From contig CAVUMN010000003.1 in the NCBI GenBank assembly GCA_963742735.1, forward strand, positions 576,001 to 640,000: a stretch of 64,000 nucleotides of DNA, in the 5' to 3' direction. The notes under the pieces were generated by a model. That model was not told the DNA's origin and made no database searches. It worked only from the letters and a program-made list of their open reading frames with translations. Source of the stretch: an uncultured Actinomycetes bacterium. Its GTDB lineage: Bacteria > Actinomycetota > UBA4738 > JBBDTT01. The translations under genes were made by a program, and so were the position numbers. Positions within the stretch are counted from its first letter, which is position 1; each line of letters begins with the position of its first letter. Positions 29,878 through 40,065 of this stretch are shown here, one piece after another.

Positions 29878-30333
29878 GTGGAGCTGGAGGGGGTCATCCG
29901 CTCGGTCGTCGAGGAGGACGGCCTGGAGCTGGTGGAGGCCGGATTCGTCCGCGAGGGCGGCCGGCGGATCCTCCGGGTGACCGTTGACAAGGAGGGGGGC
30001 GTGGACCTGGACGCGATCGCGGCCGCCTCCGAGCGCATCTCCCGCCGCCTCGACGCGGCCGGGGCCGTTCCGGGGCCTCGCTACACGCTCGAGGTGAGCT
30101 CGCCGGGGGTGGAGCGCGCGCTCCGCGAGCCGCGCCACTTCGCGCGTCATGTCGGCTCGAAGGTGACGGCGAAGACCGTCAAACCGGTAGAAGGCGCCCG
30201 CAGTCACGTCGGGACTCTGGCCTCGGCTGACGAATATGGCTTCACGCTCGCCACCGAGCACGGCGAGCTGCGCCTGAGGTACGCGGACGTGGCGTCCGCG
30301 CGAACGGTTTTCGAATGGGGTGCACACGGATGA
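29878..30333 (+). CDS. rimP: Ribosome maturation factor RimP
   Basis: LRVTVDKEGGVDLD and YTLEVSSPGVERAL. Confidence 0.95.
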   Translation: MELEGVIRSVVEEDGLELVEAGFVREGGRRILRVTVDKEGGVDLDAIAAASERISRRLDAAGAVPGPRYTLEVSSPGVERALREPRHFARHVGSKVTAKTVKPVEGARSHVGTLASADEYGFTLATEHGELRLRYADVASARTVFEWGAHG

Positions 30334-31538
30334 ACATCGACATGATCAACGCGCTGCGGGAGCTGGAGCGAGAGAAGGCGATCTCGTTCGAGACGATCCT
30401 CAAGGGCCTCGAGGAGGCCCTCGGCGCGGCGTACAAGTCCTGGCGCCGCGGGTTCGGCGACGAGCCCGACGGCGCGCGCTGCGAGCTGCACCCCGACACG
30501 GGCGAGGTCCGGATGTTCGCCCAAGCCATGGACGAGGAGGGGGAGAACGTCGTCGAGGAGCACGAGGTCGAGCTGCCCGACGAGTTCCTGGGCCGCATCG
30601 CCGCGCAAACCGCGAAGCAGGTCATCTACCAGAAGCTCCGGGAGGCTGAGCACGAGCTCACGTACGAGGAGTTCTCCGGCCGCGAGGGCGACATCGTCAC
30701 CGGGATCATCCAGCAGGACTCCCATCGGTACACGCTGCTGGATCTGGGCAAGGTCGAGGCGCTGCTGCCCCAGGCCGAGCAGGTGCCGAGCGAGCCCTAT
30801 CGGCACGGCGAGCGGCTGAAGGCGTACATCGTCGAGGTTCGCCGGACCACGAAGGGGCCGCAGATCGTCGTGTCCCGGACCCACCCCGGGCTGCTCAAGA
30901 AGCTGTTCGAGTTCGAGGTCCCGGAGATCGCCGAGGGCATCGTCGAGATCAAGGCCGTGGCTCGCGAGCCCGGTCACCGTTCGAAGCTCGCCGTCATCTC
31001 CCACGAGCCCGGCGTGGACCCGGTGGGGGCCTGCGTCGGAGCGAAGGGCGCTCGCGTGCGCATGGTCGTGAACGAGCTTCGCGGCGAGAAGATCGACGTC
31101 GTCCCGTGGGCCGAGGATCCCCGCACCTTCGTTGCGTCCGCGCTGCAGCCCGCGAAGGTCAAGGAGGTCCGCATCGACCCCGAGACCCAGACGGCGCTGG
31201 CGATCGTGCCCGACTACCAGCTGTCGCTCGCCATCGGCAAGGAGGGGCAGAACGCCCGCCTGGCCGCCCGGCTGACGGGCTGGAGGATCGACATCAAGAG
31301 CGAGACTCAGGTTCACGAGGAGGGCGCCAGGAAGGCGGCCGAGCCGCCGCCGCCGCCGGCCGAGCCCGAGGAGGCGCCGGCCGAGCCCGAGGAGGCGCCG
31401 GCCCCGGCCGAGGACGCGCCCGCCCCGGCCGAGCCAGAGGAGGCGCCCGCCCCGGCCGAGTCGGCGGCTCCTGAGCCGGACGTGCCGGACGAGGCGGCCC
31501 CGCCCGCGGCCGACGAGGAGGCACCGGCCGACGCGTGA
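30330..31538 (+). CDS. nusA: Transcription factor NusA with PAEPEE-repeat tail
   Basis: [39 protein letters not shown] and [25 protein letters not shown]. Confidence 0.98.
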   Translation: MNIDMINALRELEREKAISFETILKGLEEALGAAYKSWRRGFGDEPDGARCELHPDTGEVRMFAQAMDEEGENVVEEHEVELPDEFLGRIAAQTAKQVIYQKLREAEHELTYEEFSGREGDIVTGIIQQDSHRYTLLDLGKVEALLPQAEQVPSEPYRHGERLKAYIVEVRRTTKGPQIVVSRTHPGLLKKLFEFEVPEIAEGIVEIKAVAREPGHRSKLAVISHEPGVDPVGACVGAKGARVRMVVNELRGEKIDVVPWAEDPRTFVASALQPAKVKEVRIDPETQTALAIVPDYQLSLAIGKEGQNARLAARLTGWRIDIKSETQVHEEGARKAAEPPPPPAEPEEAPAEPEEAPAPAEDAPAPAEPEEAPAPAESAAPEPDVPDEAAPPAADEEAPADA

Positions 31539-31816
31539 GTTCCGAGGCGGAGCGGCGCCATACGCCGCTGCGGACGTGCGTCGCGTGCCGGCGAACCCGC
31601 CCGAAGGGCGAGCTGGTTCGGATCGCTCGCACCTCGGAGGGACCTCGTCTGGACCGGGCCGGGACCGCACCCGGGCGCGGCGCGTACGTCTGCCCCGAGC
31701 GAGACTGTGTCGGGGACGCCCTCCGGGCGGGAGGCGTACGCAGGGCCCTCGGGGCGCCGCTGGGCGACGACGAGGCCGCTAGGCTAAAGACCATGGTTGT
31801 GGAGGGACGAACGTGA
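31535..31816 (+). CDS. ylxR: YlxR/DUF448 (RnpM) RNA-binding protein
   Basis: PLRTCVACR...ELVRI...PGRGAYVC..DC. Confidence 0.92.
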   Translation: MSSEAERRHTPLRTCVACRRTRPKGELVRIARTSEGPRLDRAGTAPGRGAYVCPERDCVGDALRAGGVRRALGAPLGDDEAARLKTMVVEGRT

Positions 31817-33891
31817 GGATCCACGAGCTCGCCAAAGAGCTGGCGGTCAAGAGCAAGGACCTGACCGAGGCGCTCGCCGAGATGGGATACCAGGGGCTCA
31901 CCGCGAGCTCCTCGGTCCCCGACGAGGCCGTCCCTCGCCTGCGCGCCTCCGGCGGAAAGGCCTCGGGCAAGCCGGTCGAGGCGACCGTGGAACCCGTGTC
32001 CACCCGCCCCCGCAAGGCGCCGGAGCCCGAGACGGCCGCCGAGCCCGAACCCGCTCCCCAAGCGGCGGAGGCGGAGCCGGATCCGGCGGTCGAGGTGGGA
32101 GAGCCCGAGACGAACGGCGGGCCCACCGGCGAGACGGCGACCCTGCGTATCCACCGGGGCTCGACGCCCCAGGAGATCGCCGACCGGGCGGGGCTCTCCG
32201 CGGCCGAGGTCGTGAAGGCCCTGTTCCAGCTCGGCGAGATGGCCTCGGCAACCCAGTCGCTCTCGGACGAGACGATCACCGTCCTGCTGCCACAGCTCGG
32301 CTTCGAGGCCGAGATCATCACGCCGCAGGAGGAGGAGGCCGAGGAGGACGAGCCCGAGGAGGTCGACGCCAGCCGCCTGGTGACCAAGGCGCCGGTCGTG
32401 ACCGTCATGGGCCACGTCGACCACGGCAAGTCCTCGATCCTCGACGCCATCCGTGAGACGGACGTCGTCTCCGGAGAGGCCGGCGGGATCACGCAGCACA
32501 TCGGCGCGTACCAGATCCATCACGATGGCCGGGAGGTCACGTTCATCGACACCCCGGGCCACGAGGCGTTCACCGCGATGCGGGCCCGGGGCGCGCAGGT
32601 CACGGACATCGCCGTCCTCGTCGTCGCCGCCGACGACGGCGTGAAGCCCCAGACGCTGGAGGCCATCGACCACGCCCGGGCGGCCAGCGTGCCGATCCTG
32701 GTCGCCGTGAACAAGGTCGACAAGCCCGAGGCGGACCCGACCCGCGTGCGCCAGCAGCTGTCCGAGCACGGCCTCCAGCCCGAGGAATGGGGCGGCGAGA
32801 CCGTGTTCGTGGACGTCTCCGCGAAGGAGAAGACGAACCTCGATCAGCTCGTCGAGATGGTGCTGCTCGTGGCCGACCTGCAGGAGCTCAAGGCGGTCGC
32901 AGACGGCACCGCGCGCGGGGTGGCCATCGAGGCGCACCTGGACAAGGGCCGGGGTCCGGTGGCCACGGTTCTCGTCCAGCGGGGATCCATGAAGGTGGGC
33001 GACCCCGTCGTCTCCGGTGTCGTGCACGGCCGCGTGCGGGCGATGTTCGACGAGCACGGCATCGCGGTCGAACTGGCGGGTCCCGCCAAGCCGGTGCAGG
33101 TGCTCGGGTTCAGCGCCGTCCCCGAGGCCGGCGACGACGTGCGTGTCGTCTCCGACGAGCGGGAGGCGAAGCACATCGCGCAGGAGCGCGAGGCCAAGCA
33201 CCGGGCCGCCGACCTGATCTCGTCGCAGCAGCCCCGGAGCCTCACCGAGCTCCTGATGCGAGCCCAGCAGGAGGAGATTCCGGAGCTGCCCGTCATCATC
33301 AAGGCCGACGTCCAGGGCTCGATCGAGGCCCTGGCGGACGCCCTCGAGAAGCTTCCCCGCGACGAGGTTCGGGTGCGGGTCCTGCATCGCGGCGCGGGAG
33401 GCATCGGCGAGAACGACGTGACCCTGGCGCAGGCCTCGGGGGCGATCGTGATCGGGTTCAACGTCCGGCCCACGCCCGCCGCCGCGGAGCTCGCCGAGAA
33501 GGAGGGCGTCGACGTTCGCCTCTACGACGTGATCTACCAGGCGGTCGACGACATCCGTTCGGCGCTCTCGGGGATGCTGACCCCGGGGGAGGAGACCGTG
33601 GAGCTCGGCCGCGCCGAGGTCCGCACGCTGTTCAAGGTTCCACGCCAGGGGACCATCGCCGGCTCCTACGTGGTGAACGGCACCATCGTGCGCGGCGCCA
33701 GGGCCCGTCTGGTCCGCGACGGAACGATCGTCCACGACGGCCGTATCGCCTCGCTCCGCCGGTTCAAGGACGACGTGCGCGACGTCGCCGAGGGCTTCGA
33801 GTGCGGCATCGGGCTCGAGTCCTTCCAGGACGTCAAGGAGGGCGACCTCATCGAGGCCTACGAGGTCCGCGAGGTCGAGCGAACCCTCTAG
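31813..33891 (+). CDS. infB: Translation initiation factor IF-2
   Basis: [41 protein letters not shown] and SLRRFKDDV. Confidence 0.98.
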   Translation: MRIHELAKELAVKSKDLTEALAEMGYQGLTASSSVPDEAVPRLRASGGKASGKPVEATVEPVSTRPRKAPEPETAAEPEPAPQAAEAEPDPAVEVGEPETNGGPTGETATLRIHRGSTPQEIADRAGLSAAEVVKALFQLGEMASATQSLSDETITVLLPQLGFEAEIITPQEEEAEEDEPEEVDASRLVTKAPVVTVMGHVDHGKSSILDAIRETDVVSGEAGGITQHIGAYQIHHDGREVTFIDTPGHEAFTAMRARGAQVTDIAVLVVAADDGVKPQTLEAIDHARAASVPILVAVNKVDKPEADPTRVRQQLSEHGLQPEEWGGETVFVDVSAKEKTNLDQLVEMVLLVADLQELKAVADGTARGVAIEAHLDKGRGPVATVLVQRGSMKVGDPVVSGVVHGRVRAMFDEHGIAVELAGPAKPVQVLGFSAVPEAGDDVRVVSDEREAKHIAQEREAKHRAADLISSQQPRSLTELLMRAQQEEIPELPVIIKADVQGSIEALADALEKLPRDEVRVRVLHRGAGGIGENDVTLAQASGAIVIGFNVRPTPAAAELAEKEGVDVRLYDVIYQAVDDIRSALSGMLTPGEETVELGRAEVRTLFKVPRQGTIAGSYVVNGTIVRGARARLVRDGTIVHDGRIASLRRFKDDVRDVAEGFECGIGLESFQDVKEGDLIEAYEVREVERTL

Positions 33892-33901
33892 GCTGGGGAC
33901 C

Positions 33902-34198
33902 GTGCTGGTCTCGGTCGCGCGCTTCGATCTGCGGATCCCCGGGGTGGGTTCCCTCAAGGAGAAGCGTCACGTGGTGAAGACGCTGACCGCGAGCCTGCGC
34001 AACAAGTTCAACGTGTCGGTGGCCGAGGTGGACCACCACGACCTGTGGCAGCGAAGCGGGATCGCGGTGTCTGCCGTCGCCGCGGAGGGGTACCACCTCA
34101 GGAAGGTCATGCACGAGGTGGAGAAGCACGTGGAGCGGTTCGGCCCGGTCGACGTCATCGGCCGCACGGTCGACCTGATGGATCCGGAGGACGAGTGA
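33902..34198 (+). CDS. DUF503 (YlxP) protein
   Basis: SLKEKR...KFNVSVAEVDHHDLWQR. Confidence 0.93.
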   Translation: MLVSVARFDLRIPGVGSLKEKRHVVKTLTASLRNKFNVSVAEVDHHDLWQRSGIAVSAVAAEGYHLRKVMHEVEKHVERFGPVDVIGRTVDLMDPEDE

Positions 34199-34563
34199 AG
34201 CACGACGACGGTGGCGCTCCGAGGATCCGGCCCGACCGGGTCGCGGAGTCGTTCAAGGAGGTCCTGGCGCAGGAGATCCAGCGCCTCAAGGATCCCCGCG
34301 TCGGGTTCGTCACCGTGACGGCGGTTGAGGTCACCCCCGACCTTCGCCACGCCCGTGTCTTCTTCACGGTGCTGGGGACCGAGACGGAGGACCGTGCCAC
34401 CACGGCGGCCCTGCGATCGGCCGGCAAGCATCTGCGGGCGGCGCTCGGCCGGAAGGTCCGGCTGAAGTTTCTGCCCGATCTGGAGTTCGTCCACGACCTG
34501 TCCGTCATCCGGGGCGGGCGCGTCGAGGAGCTGTTGAGGAAGGTGATCCCCGCAGATGAATGA
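34195..34563 (+). CDS. rbfA: Ribosome-binding factor A
   Basis: KDPRVGFVTVTAVEVTPDLRHARVF and LKFLPDLEF; GTGA coupling. Confidence 0.95.
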   Translation: MKHDDGGAPRIRPDRVAESFKEVLAQEIQRLKDPRVGFVTVTAVEVTPDLRHARVFFTVLGTETEDRATTAALRSAGKHLRAALGRKVRLKFLPDLEFVHDLSVIRGGRVEELLRKVIPADE

Positions 34564-35536
34564 CCAGCTCGAGGCCGCCTACACCGAGGCCGCCCGGATC
34601 CTCGAGAAGGCTCCGAAGGTGGCGCTTGCCTGCCACGTCAACCCGGACCCCGATGCGATCGGCTCGATGCTCGGGCTGGCCCAGCACCTGCGCGAGCGCG
34701 GCGCCGAGGTGGTGGCCTCGTGGGGCAACGACCCCTTCACGAAGCCTCGGTTCATGCACGCCCTCCCCGCGGCCAACCTGGTCGTGCCGCCCAAGGACTT
34801 CCCGGCCGACCCGGAGCTGTTCGTGACGCTCGACGCCGCCTCGGCGGACCGGCTGGCGACCCTGGAGCCGATCCTGCAGACGGCCAAGACGGTGATCGTG
34901 GTCGACCACCACGTCACCAACCCGGGATTCGGCAAGGTCAACCTGATCGACGGCAAGGCCTCGTCGACGGCGGAGATGGTCTTGCGGCTCATCCGCGCCA
35001 TGGACGGAACGGTCTCCGCCGAGTCCGCCGCCTGCCTGTACGCCGGGATCGTCACCGACACGGGCCGCTTCCAGTACGAGGCCACGACGCCGGAGACCCT
35101 CCGGCTGGCGGCCGATCTGCGCACGGCGGGGTTCGACCACGCGGCGCTGGCCCGCGCCCTGTTCGAGGACAACTCGCTGGGGTTCCTCAAGGCGCTCGGG
35201 ACGGCGCTGGACCGTGTCGCCCTCGACGAGGAGGCCGGCCTCGTGTGGACGTACCTGTCCCAGGAGGACCTCGCGCGCACCGGCATCCCGATGGGCGAGA
35301 CCGACGACCTGATCGACGTCATCCGAACGGTCCGGGAGGCCGACGCCGCCGCCGTGATCAAGCAGCAGCGCGACGGGACCTGGAAGGTCAGCCTGCGCTC
35401 GAAGGGCGGCCACGACGTGGGCGCCGTCGCGGCCGCGTTCGGCGGGGGCGGCCATCGGCTGGCCGCCGGCTACACCTCGGCGGAGACGCTCGAGGGCACG
35501 GCGGACAAGCTTCTCGCCGCGCTCCGCGCGAGCTGA
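34556..35536 (+). CDS. nrnA: DHH/DHHA1 phosphoesterase (NrnA, oligoribonuclease/pAp phosphatase)
   Basis: HVNPDPDAIGS, VDHH, TDTGRF, SLRS and GGGGH. Confidence 0.92.
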   Translation: MNDQLEAAYTEAARILEKAPKVALACHVNPDPDAIGSMLGLAQHLRERGAEVVASWGNDPFTKPRFMHALPAANLVVPPKDFPADPELFVTLDAASADRLATLEPILQTAKTVIVVDHHVTNPGFGKVNLIDGKASSTAEMVLRLIRAMDGTVSAESAACLYAGIVTDTGRFQYEATTPETLRLAADLRTAGFDHAALARALFEDNSLGFLKALGTALDRVALDEEAGLVWTYLSQEDLARTGIPMGETDDLIDVIRTVREADAAAVIKQQRDGTWKVSLRSKGGHDVGAVAAAFGGGGHRLAAGYTSAETLEGTADKLLAALRAS

Positions 35537-35544
35537 ACCCCCCC

Positions 35545-36387
35545 GTGAGTGACGGGATCCTGCTGGTCGACAAGCCTCGCGGGATCACCTCGCACGACGC
35601 GGTGGCGCGGGTACGCCGGGCCGTCGGCATCAGGAAGGTCGGCCACTCGGGCACCCTCGACCCTATGGCCGAGGGGCTCCTGATCATGGGGGTGGGGCGC
35701 GGCACTCGGCTGCTGCGGTTCCTGTCCGAGTTCGACAAGGAGTACCAGGGGATCGCGCGCCTGGGCGTCGAGACGGACACGCTGGATGCCGAAGGAGCGG
35801 TCACCGCGACGGCGGAGGTCGACGTCACCGAGGACGACGTGCGGGCCGCGTTCGCGTCGCTGACCGGACCGATCGAGCAGGTGCCTCCGGCGTACTCCGC
35901 GGTGAAGATCGGCGGGCGGGCGATGTACAAGGAGGCTCGCGCGGGGCGCGAGGTCGTGGCCGAGCCGCGCTCGGTCCGGGTCGACGCCTTCGACCTGGTG
36001 TCGCTGAGCGGCGCCGACGCGGAGTTCCGGGTCGTGTGCTCGAGCGGGACCTACGTCCGGGTGCTCGCCGCGGACGCGGGACGCGCCCTGGGTTGCGGCG
36101 CTCACCTGACGCGGCTGGTCCGCACCCGGATCGGCGCCTTCGTCCGTGGCGACGCGCGGCCTCCCGAGGATCCCGGCGATCCGTTGCCGCTCGACGCGGC
36201 GGTGGCGCACCTCCCGAGCTTCACGTTGGGGGCGGAGGAGGTGATGTCGTGCCGGAACGGATGCATCCTCGGGCCCGCGGGATTCGAGGGGCCGTATTCC
36301 GTGCGGGAGCCCGACGGGACCCTCGTCGGCATCTACCGGGACGACGGCGCGAAGGGCGTTCCGGAGGTCATCGTTCGCCCCGCCTAG
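35545..36387 (+). CDS. truB: tRNA pseudouridine55 synthase
   Basis: DKPRGITSHD, KVGHSGTLDP, QVPPAYSAVK and CSSGTYVR. Confidence 0.96.
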   Translation: MSDGILLVDKPRGITSHDAVARVRRAVGIRKVGHSGTLDPMAEGLLIMGVGRGTRLLRFLSEFDKEYQGIARLGVETDTLDAEGAVTATAEVDVTEDDVRAAFASLTGPIEQVPPAYSAVKIGGRAMYKEARAGREVVAEPRSVRVDAFDLVSLSGADAEFRVVCSSGTYVRVLAADAGRALGCGAHLTRLVRTRIGAFVRGDARPPEDPGDPLPLDAAVAHLPSFTLGAEEVMSCRNGCILGPAGFEGPYSVREPDGTLVGIYRDDGAKGVPEVIVRPA

Positions 36388-36394
36388 CCAATGC

Positions 36395-36422
36395 AAAGGG
36401 GCGGGCCGAAGCCCGCCCCTTC
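36395..36422. terminator. Intrinsic terminator hairpin between convergent truB and the beta-propeller gene
   Basis: AAGGGGCGGGC-CGAA-GCCCGCCCCTT, an 11-bp perfect stem. Confidence 0.8.
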
Positions 36423-36438
36423 GAGCGTCGGGCCGTGC

Positions 36439-39400
36439 TCAGTACTTGAGGGTGACGTCGTCGATCGCGAGCCCCTGGTTCGCCGGGAACGAGATCAGCT
36501 GATCGCTGGTCAGCCGGAACCGGACGAACAGCGGGCCCTTGGGCGACCAGAACTTCACCGAGTTGGTGCTGAAGTTCGGGAAGCCCTCGTTCTGACCGGT
36601 GACCGTGCCGGCGTTGTACCACTTGAGGCCGTTCGGCGAGTAGTCGATGGTCAGATAGTCGAACCCGTCCTCGAGGTCGCGAAGCTCCGCCCACGAGATC
36701 TCCGCCGTCCCACCGGGATGGTTGAACTGCGGCGAGAGGAGGATCGTGGACGTCTCGTCGCTGTACGGAAGGACCGCCATCGCGAACGAGGAGGCGTTCC
36801 CCGGCGGCTGCCGGCGCCATCCGTTCTGGCCGACCGTCTCGATGGTCCAGCCCTCCTGGTCGATCTCGAAGCCGAACGGACCGGCGAGCATCTTGTCCTT
36901 GAGCTTGCCCGGCTTCGGGAACGGGTTGGGAGACGAACCGTAGGCCCGCGGCGGGCCGAAGCGGTACAGGTACACGCCGCGACCGTGCGTGGCCGCCACC
37001 AGCAGGTTCTTGTCCCGCGCGCCCAGCTCGACCGTGTGGATCGGGACCTCCGGGAGGCCCTTGCCGAGGATCGACCAGCTCGACGCGGACGCCTTCTTGA
37101 TGAAGACGCCCACGTCCGAGGCGACGATCACCTCGTCGTCGCGGACCACGACCCACGCGGCCCGGGCGTCGGGCAGGTTCCCCGAGATGTCCCTGAACGT
37201 CTGGCCCGCGTTGGTGGAGACGTACACGTTGCCCTTGCCGACGTTGGGCGAGGTCCCGAGGGTGCCCGGGGGGGTCCACCGCCGGCTGTAGCCGCCGAGG
37301 GTCACGTAGACCGTCCGCGGTCGCCTCGGGTCCATGGTGATGTCGGTGATGTAGCGGTTCGGAAGGCCCTTGGCGGCCGCGAAGTGCCAGCCGAAGTTGA
37401 ACCCGGTCTTCGGGGCCTTCTTGCCACCGACGTTCGTGGCGATCCCGTTCTTGAACGGGGCCGTCGCGTTCAGCCGGTCGCACGCCGAGCAGAAGCCGAC
37501 GTAGATGTTCGGCCCGTAGTTGTCGAGGCCGGTCATCGAGTTGGCGGGGTCGTCTCCCGTGTCGGCGGTCCCCGCCGCGTTGGCGTCACCGGGGTGCTGC
37601 TGGGTGCCGAGGTTGAAGACTTCCTTCCAGTCCGGCGACCCGGTGCCGGGGCCCGACAGCGACTCCACGACCTGGCGGCCGGCGGTGACGATGTGGTCCG
37701 GGTCGAGCGGGTCCATGGTGAACGGGTTGGAGAAGTGCGAGTTGGTCACGGGCGGAGACATCCCCGACCAGCTCACGCCACCGTCGGTCGTGGCGGTCAT
37801 GCTCGCGTAGGGGGTCTCCCCGTAAGCGATCTTCGAGTTGTCCGGGTGGACCGCGACGTGGAAACCGTCGCCGCCCTGCGCCATCACCTGGCGCTGGTTC
37901 TTCGGCTCGATCTTCGCCGTGCCGTTGTCCTGCAGGCCCATCCACACGGTCCCGTCCTTCGAGATGACCGCGTGGTACGGCAGCAGGGTGTTGAACCCGA
38001 GGTTCGAGCCGTTGCCCCAGCGGGCCTGGGAGAACTCCTGGCCCGGCGCGGCCGGCTGCGTGTAGACGCCGCCGTCGTTGCCGACCACCAGGGTGACCCC
38101 GCCGTCGCTCTCGGGGATGAAGACCGCCATGTGCTGGTCGGGGTGCGTCGTGGTCGTGAACTCGAGCGGGTCGTCACGGTCGGTCGGGCAGACCGGGACG
38201 CCGGCGGTGTCCGCGATCAGCGTGAGGAACAGGCAGGAGTCGCCGGAGAAGTACCGGCCGACCGTCTTGAAGGCGGACTTGCCGCTCTGGGGAACGGGCA
38301 GCTCGTTCTGCCACACCTCCTCCAGGCCGAACAGCAGACGGGTCGGCGCCCCGAGCACGGGGTCGGCCGCCGTCGGGTCGGGCTGGATCCACAGGTCGTA
38401 CCAGGCCTGGAAGCCCGGCCCGAGGCTCGCCAGCGCGAACGTGGAGACCGTCAGGGCCGAGCTCGTGTGCGGCGACTGGAGCTCGAGTCCGCTCGCCATC
38501 AGCCGCCACGTCTGGCCGAAGTCGGAGCTGACGTAGATGCCGTTGAGGTTGGTGGGGTACTGCGGCGTGGATCCCACCGGGCTGCCCTCGGGAAGGTCGA
38601 ACGAGGGGATCGGGTTCTCGTTCAGGGTGTTGGCGTCCTGGACCAGGGCGTACAGGTAGTTGTGGTCCTGGTCGGGACCGTAGGCCGCCCCCATCTCCAC
38701 GCGCCCGATGGCGTCCTGCTGTGCGAACCCGGTGGCCGCCGACTTCACGAAGGATCCGGGGTTGCCCGTCGGGGAGCTGTAGATGCCGTTGTTCGGGGAC
38801 TGGATCGACCCGTCGGGGTTGGCGAGGCTTCCACCGCGCCAGCCGACCGCGGCGACGACCACGCCGCCGTCCACCTCGTTGATCCCGCCGGGGTGCTGGA
38901 TCACGAGGTCCGTGACCATGTTCGCGAACACGCAGTTCTTCGCGCGGTTGCCCTTGCCGGCGCAGGGCCCGACCGGCAGCTTGGTGTCAACGAAGGACTT
39001 CCCGCCGTTGGTCGAGCGGAACAGGCCGGCGCCGGTGGCGGCGTAGACCTCCTTCGGGTTGGTCGGGTCGACGGAGATCTTGAAGCCCATGGCCTCGTCC
39101 GGCACGCCGGTCGCGTGCTTCCAGCTCCTGCCGTCGTTCAGGCTGTAGTAGACGCCGAACCCCTCGTAGGAGAGGTGGCCGAAAGAGTTGTCACCGGTCA
39201 AGGCGATCAGTGTGCCGCCGTTGGCCGGCGTCCACGCCACCGAGCCCACCACCTGGGTGGGGAGGCTGTCCCCCACGGACTTCCAGTGGGCGCCCTTGTC
39301 CGTGGACTTCCACACGCCTCCGGTGGCCACCGCGGCGTAGACCGCCTTCTTCTCGGGGACGTACTTGAGGTCGGCGATCCGGCCCGCCACGTCGCCGTTG

Positions 39401-39888
39401 CCGAGCGCGGACACGCCGTAGGCGGGGTCGTCGGTGTTCAGGGGGCCACGCCCGTACGGGATCCAGCGCTTGGCCCAGTTCGCCACGGGAATGCCCTGGC
39501 GCTCGAGGGCCGCGCGCTGGGCGATGGCGTTCTTGAACGCCCCCGCCTTCAGGGCCACGCCGGGCGCCAGCAGCTGGGAGGCGTTGTCCAGGTAGGCCTG
39601 GTAGACCTCACCAAAGGCCTCCGGGTGCTTCTCGTTCACGCAGAGCTTCGAGCCGAGCTCGTCGGTGAGCGCCGAGAGCGCGGCGCCGGTCGAGCCCAGG
39701 CGGCCCCGGCTTTCGGCCGACTTCAGGTCGGCCCACGGCACGAACCCCCTGGGACAGGTCGCGGCCGAGGCGGTCGTCGGAGCCGACGGCACGCCGGAGG
39801 GCGCGAGCAGCGCGGCCACGATCAAGCACGCGACAGCGGCGGCCGGCCAGACGCGATGGGCGCGAAAGCGGGAGGGACGAACGTCCAT
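36439..39888 (-). CDS. Large secreted Asp-box (BNR/VPS10-like) beta-propeller protein with extra C-terminal beta-sandwich-like domain
   Basis: GAGGAGG SD before ATG 39888; signal peptide; Asp-boxes STDKGAHW, SLNDGRSW, STNGGKSF, SSDFGQTW, TTDGGVSW and STNAGQTF; C-terminal FEIDQEGW...DLEDGFDY...VRFRLTSD...GLAIDDV. Confidence 0.88.
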   Translation of the reverse strand: MDVRPSRFRAHRVWPAAAVACLIVAALLAPSGVPSAPTTASAATCPRGFVPWADLKSAESRGRLGSTGAALSALTDELGSKLCVNEKHPEAFGEVYQAYLDNASQLLAPGVALKAGAFKNAIAQRAALERQGIPVANWAKRWIPYGRGPLNTDDPAYGVSALGNGDVAGRIADLKYVPEKKAVYAAVATGGVWKSTDKGAHWKSVGDSLPTQVVGSVAWTPANGGTLIALTGDNSFGHLSYEGFGVYYSLNDGRSWKHATGVPDEAMGFKISVDPTNPKEVYAATGAGLFRSTNGGKSFVDTKLPVGPCAGKGNRAKNCVFANMVTDLVIQHPGGINEVDGGVVVAAVGWRGGSLANPDGSIQSPNNGIYSSPTGNPGSFVKSAATGFAQQDAIGRVEMGAAYGPDQDHNYLYALVQDANTLNENPIPSFDLPEGSPVGSTPQYPTNLNGIYVSSDFGQTWRLMASGLELQSPHTSSALTVSTFALASLGPGFQAWYDLWIQPDPTAADPVLGAPTRLLFGLEEVWQNELPVPQSGKSAFKTVGRYFSGDSCLFLTLIADTAGVPVCPTDRDDPLEFTTTTHPDQHMAVFIPESDGGVTLVVGNDGGVYTQPAAPGQEFSQARWGNGSNLGFNTLLPYHAVISKDGTVWMGLQDNGTAKIEPKNQRQVMAQGGDGFHVAVHPDNSKIAYGETPYASMTATTDGGVSWSGMSPPVTNSHFSNPFTMDPLDPDHIVTAGRQVVESLSGPGTGSPDWKEVFNLGTQQHPGDANAAGTADTGDDPANSMTGLDNYGPNIYVGFCSACDRLNATAPFKNGIATNVGGKKAPKTGFNFGWHFAAAKGLPNRYITDITMDPRRPRTVYVTLGGYSRRWTPPGTLGTSPNVGKGNVYVSTNAGQTFRDISGNLPDARAAWVVVRDDEVIVASDVGVFIKKASASSWSILGKGLPEVPIHTVELGARDKNLLVAATHGRGVYLYRFGPPRAYGSSPNPFPKPGKLKDKMLAGPFGFEIDQEGWTIETVGQNGWRRQPPGNASSFAMAVLPYSDETSTILLSPQFNHPGGTAEISWAELRDLEDGFDYLTIDYSPNGLKWYNAGTVTGQNEGFPNFSTNSVKFWSPKGPLFVRFRLTSDQLISFPANQGLAIDDVTLKY

Positions 39889-40065
39889 GTTCAAGGCCTC
39901 CTCGAAGGGGGTTTTGGGAGTGCGTGTCGTTCGTATGCGTACTTCGACCCGCTGCGGGGCCGTTCCTGGTGCGCATTTCACCAGATTCCGGACGCAGTTG
40001 ACCATATCGGACGGCCCCGGCCTCCTGAAGGTATCCGGGCCCCGGACCGATAATCAAAGACGATC

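Noticed and set aside
36391-40053. 1220-aa plus-strand ORF, and other long shadow ORFs such as 13375..16224, 31294..33957, 40054..42624, 43959..46259, 44291..46969 and 47472..49844
   Set aside because: These are antisense or alternate-frame shadows of real high-GC3 genes, rich in Arg/Gly/Pro/Ala with no domain motifs. They are expected at this GC content.
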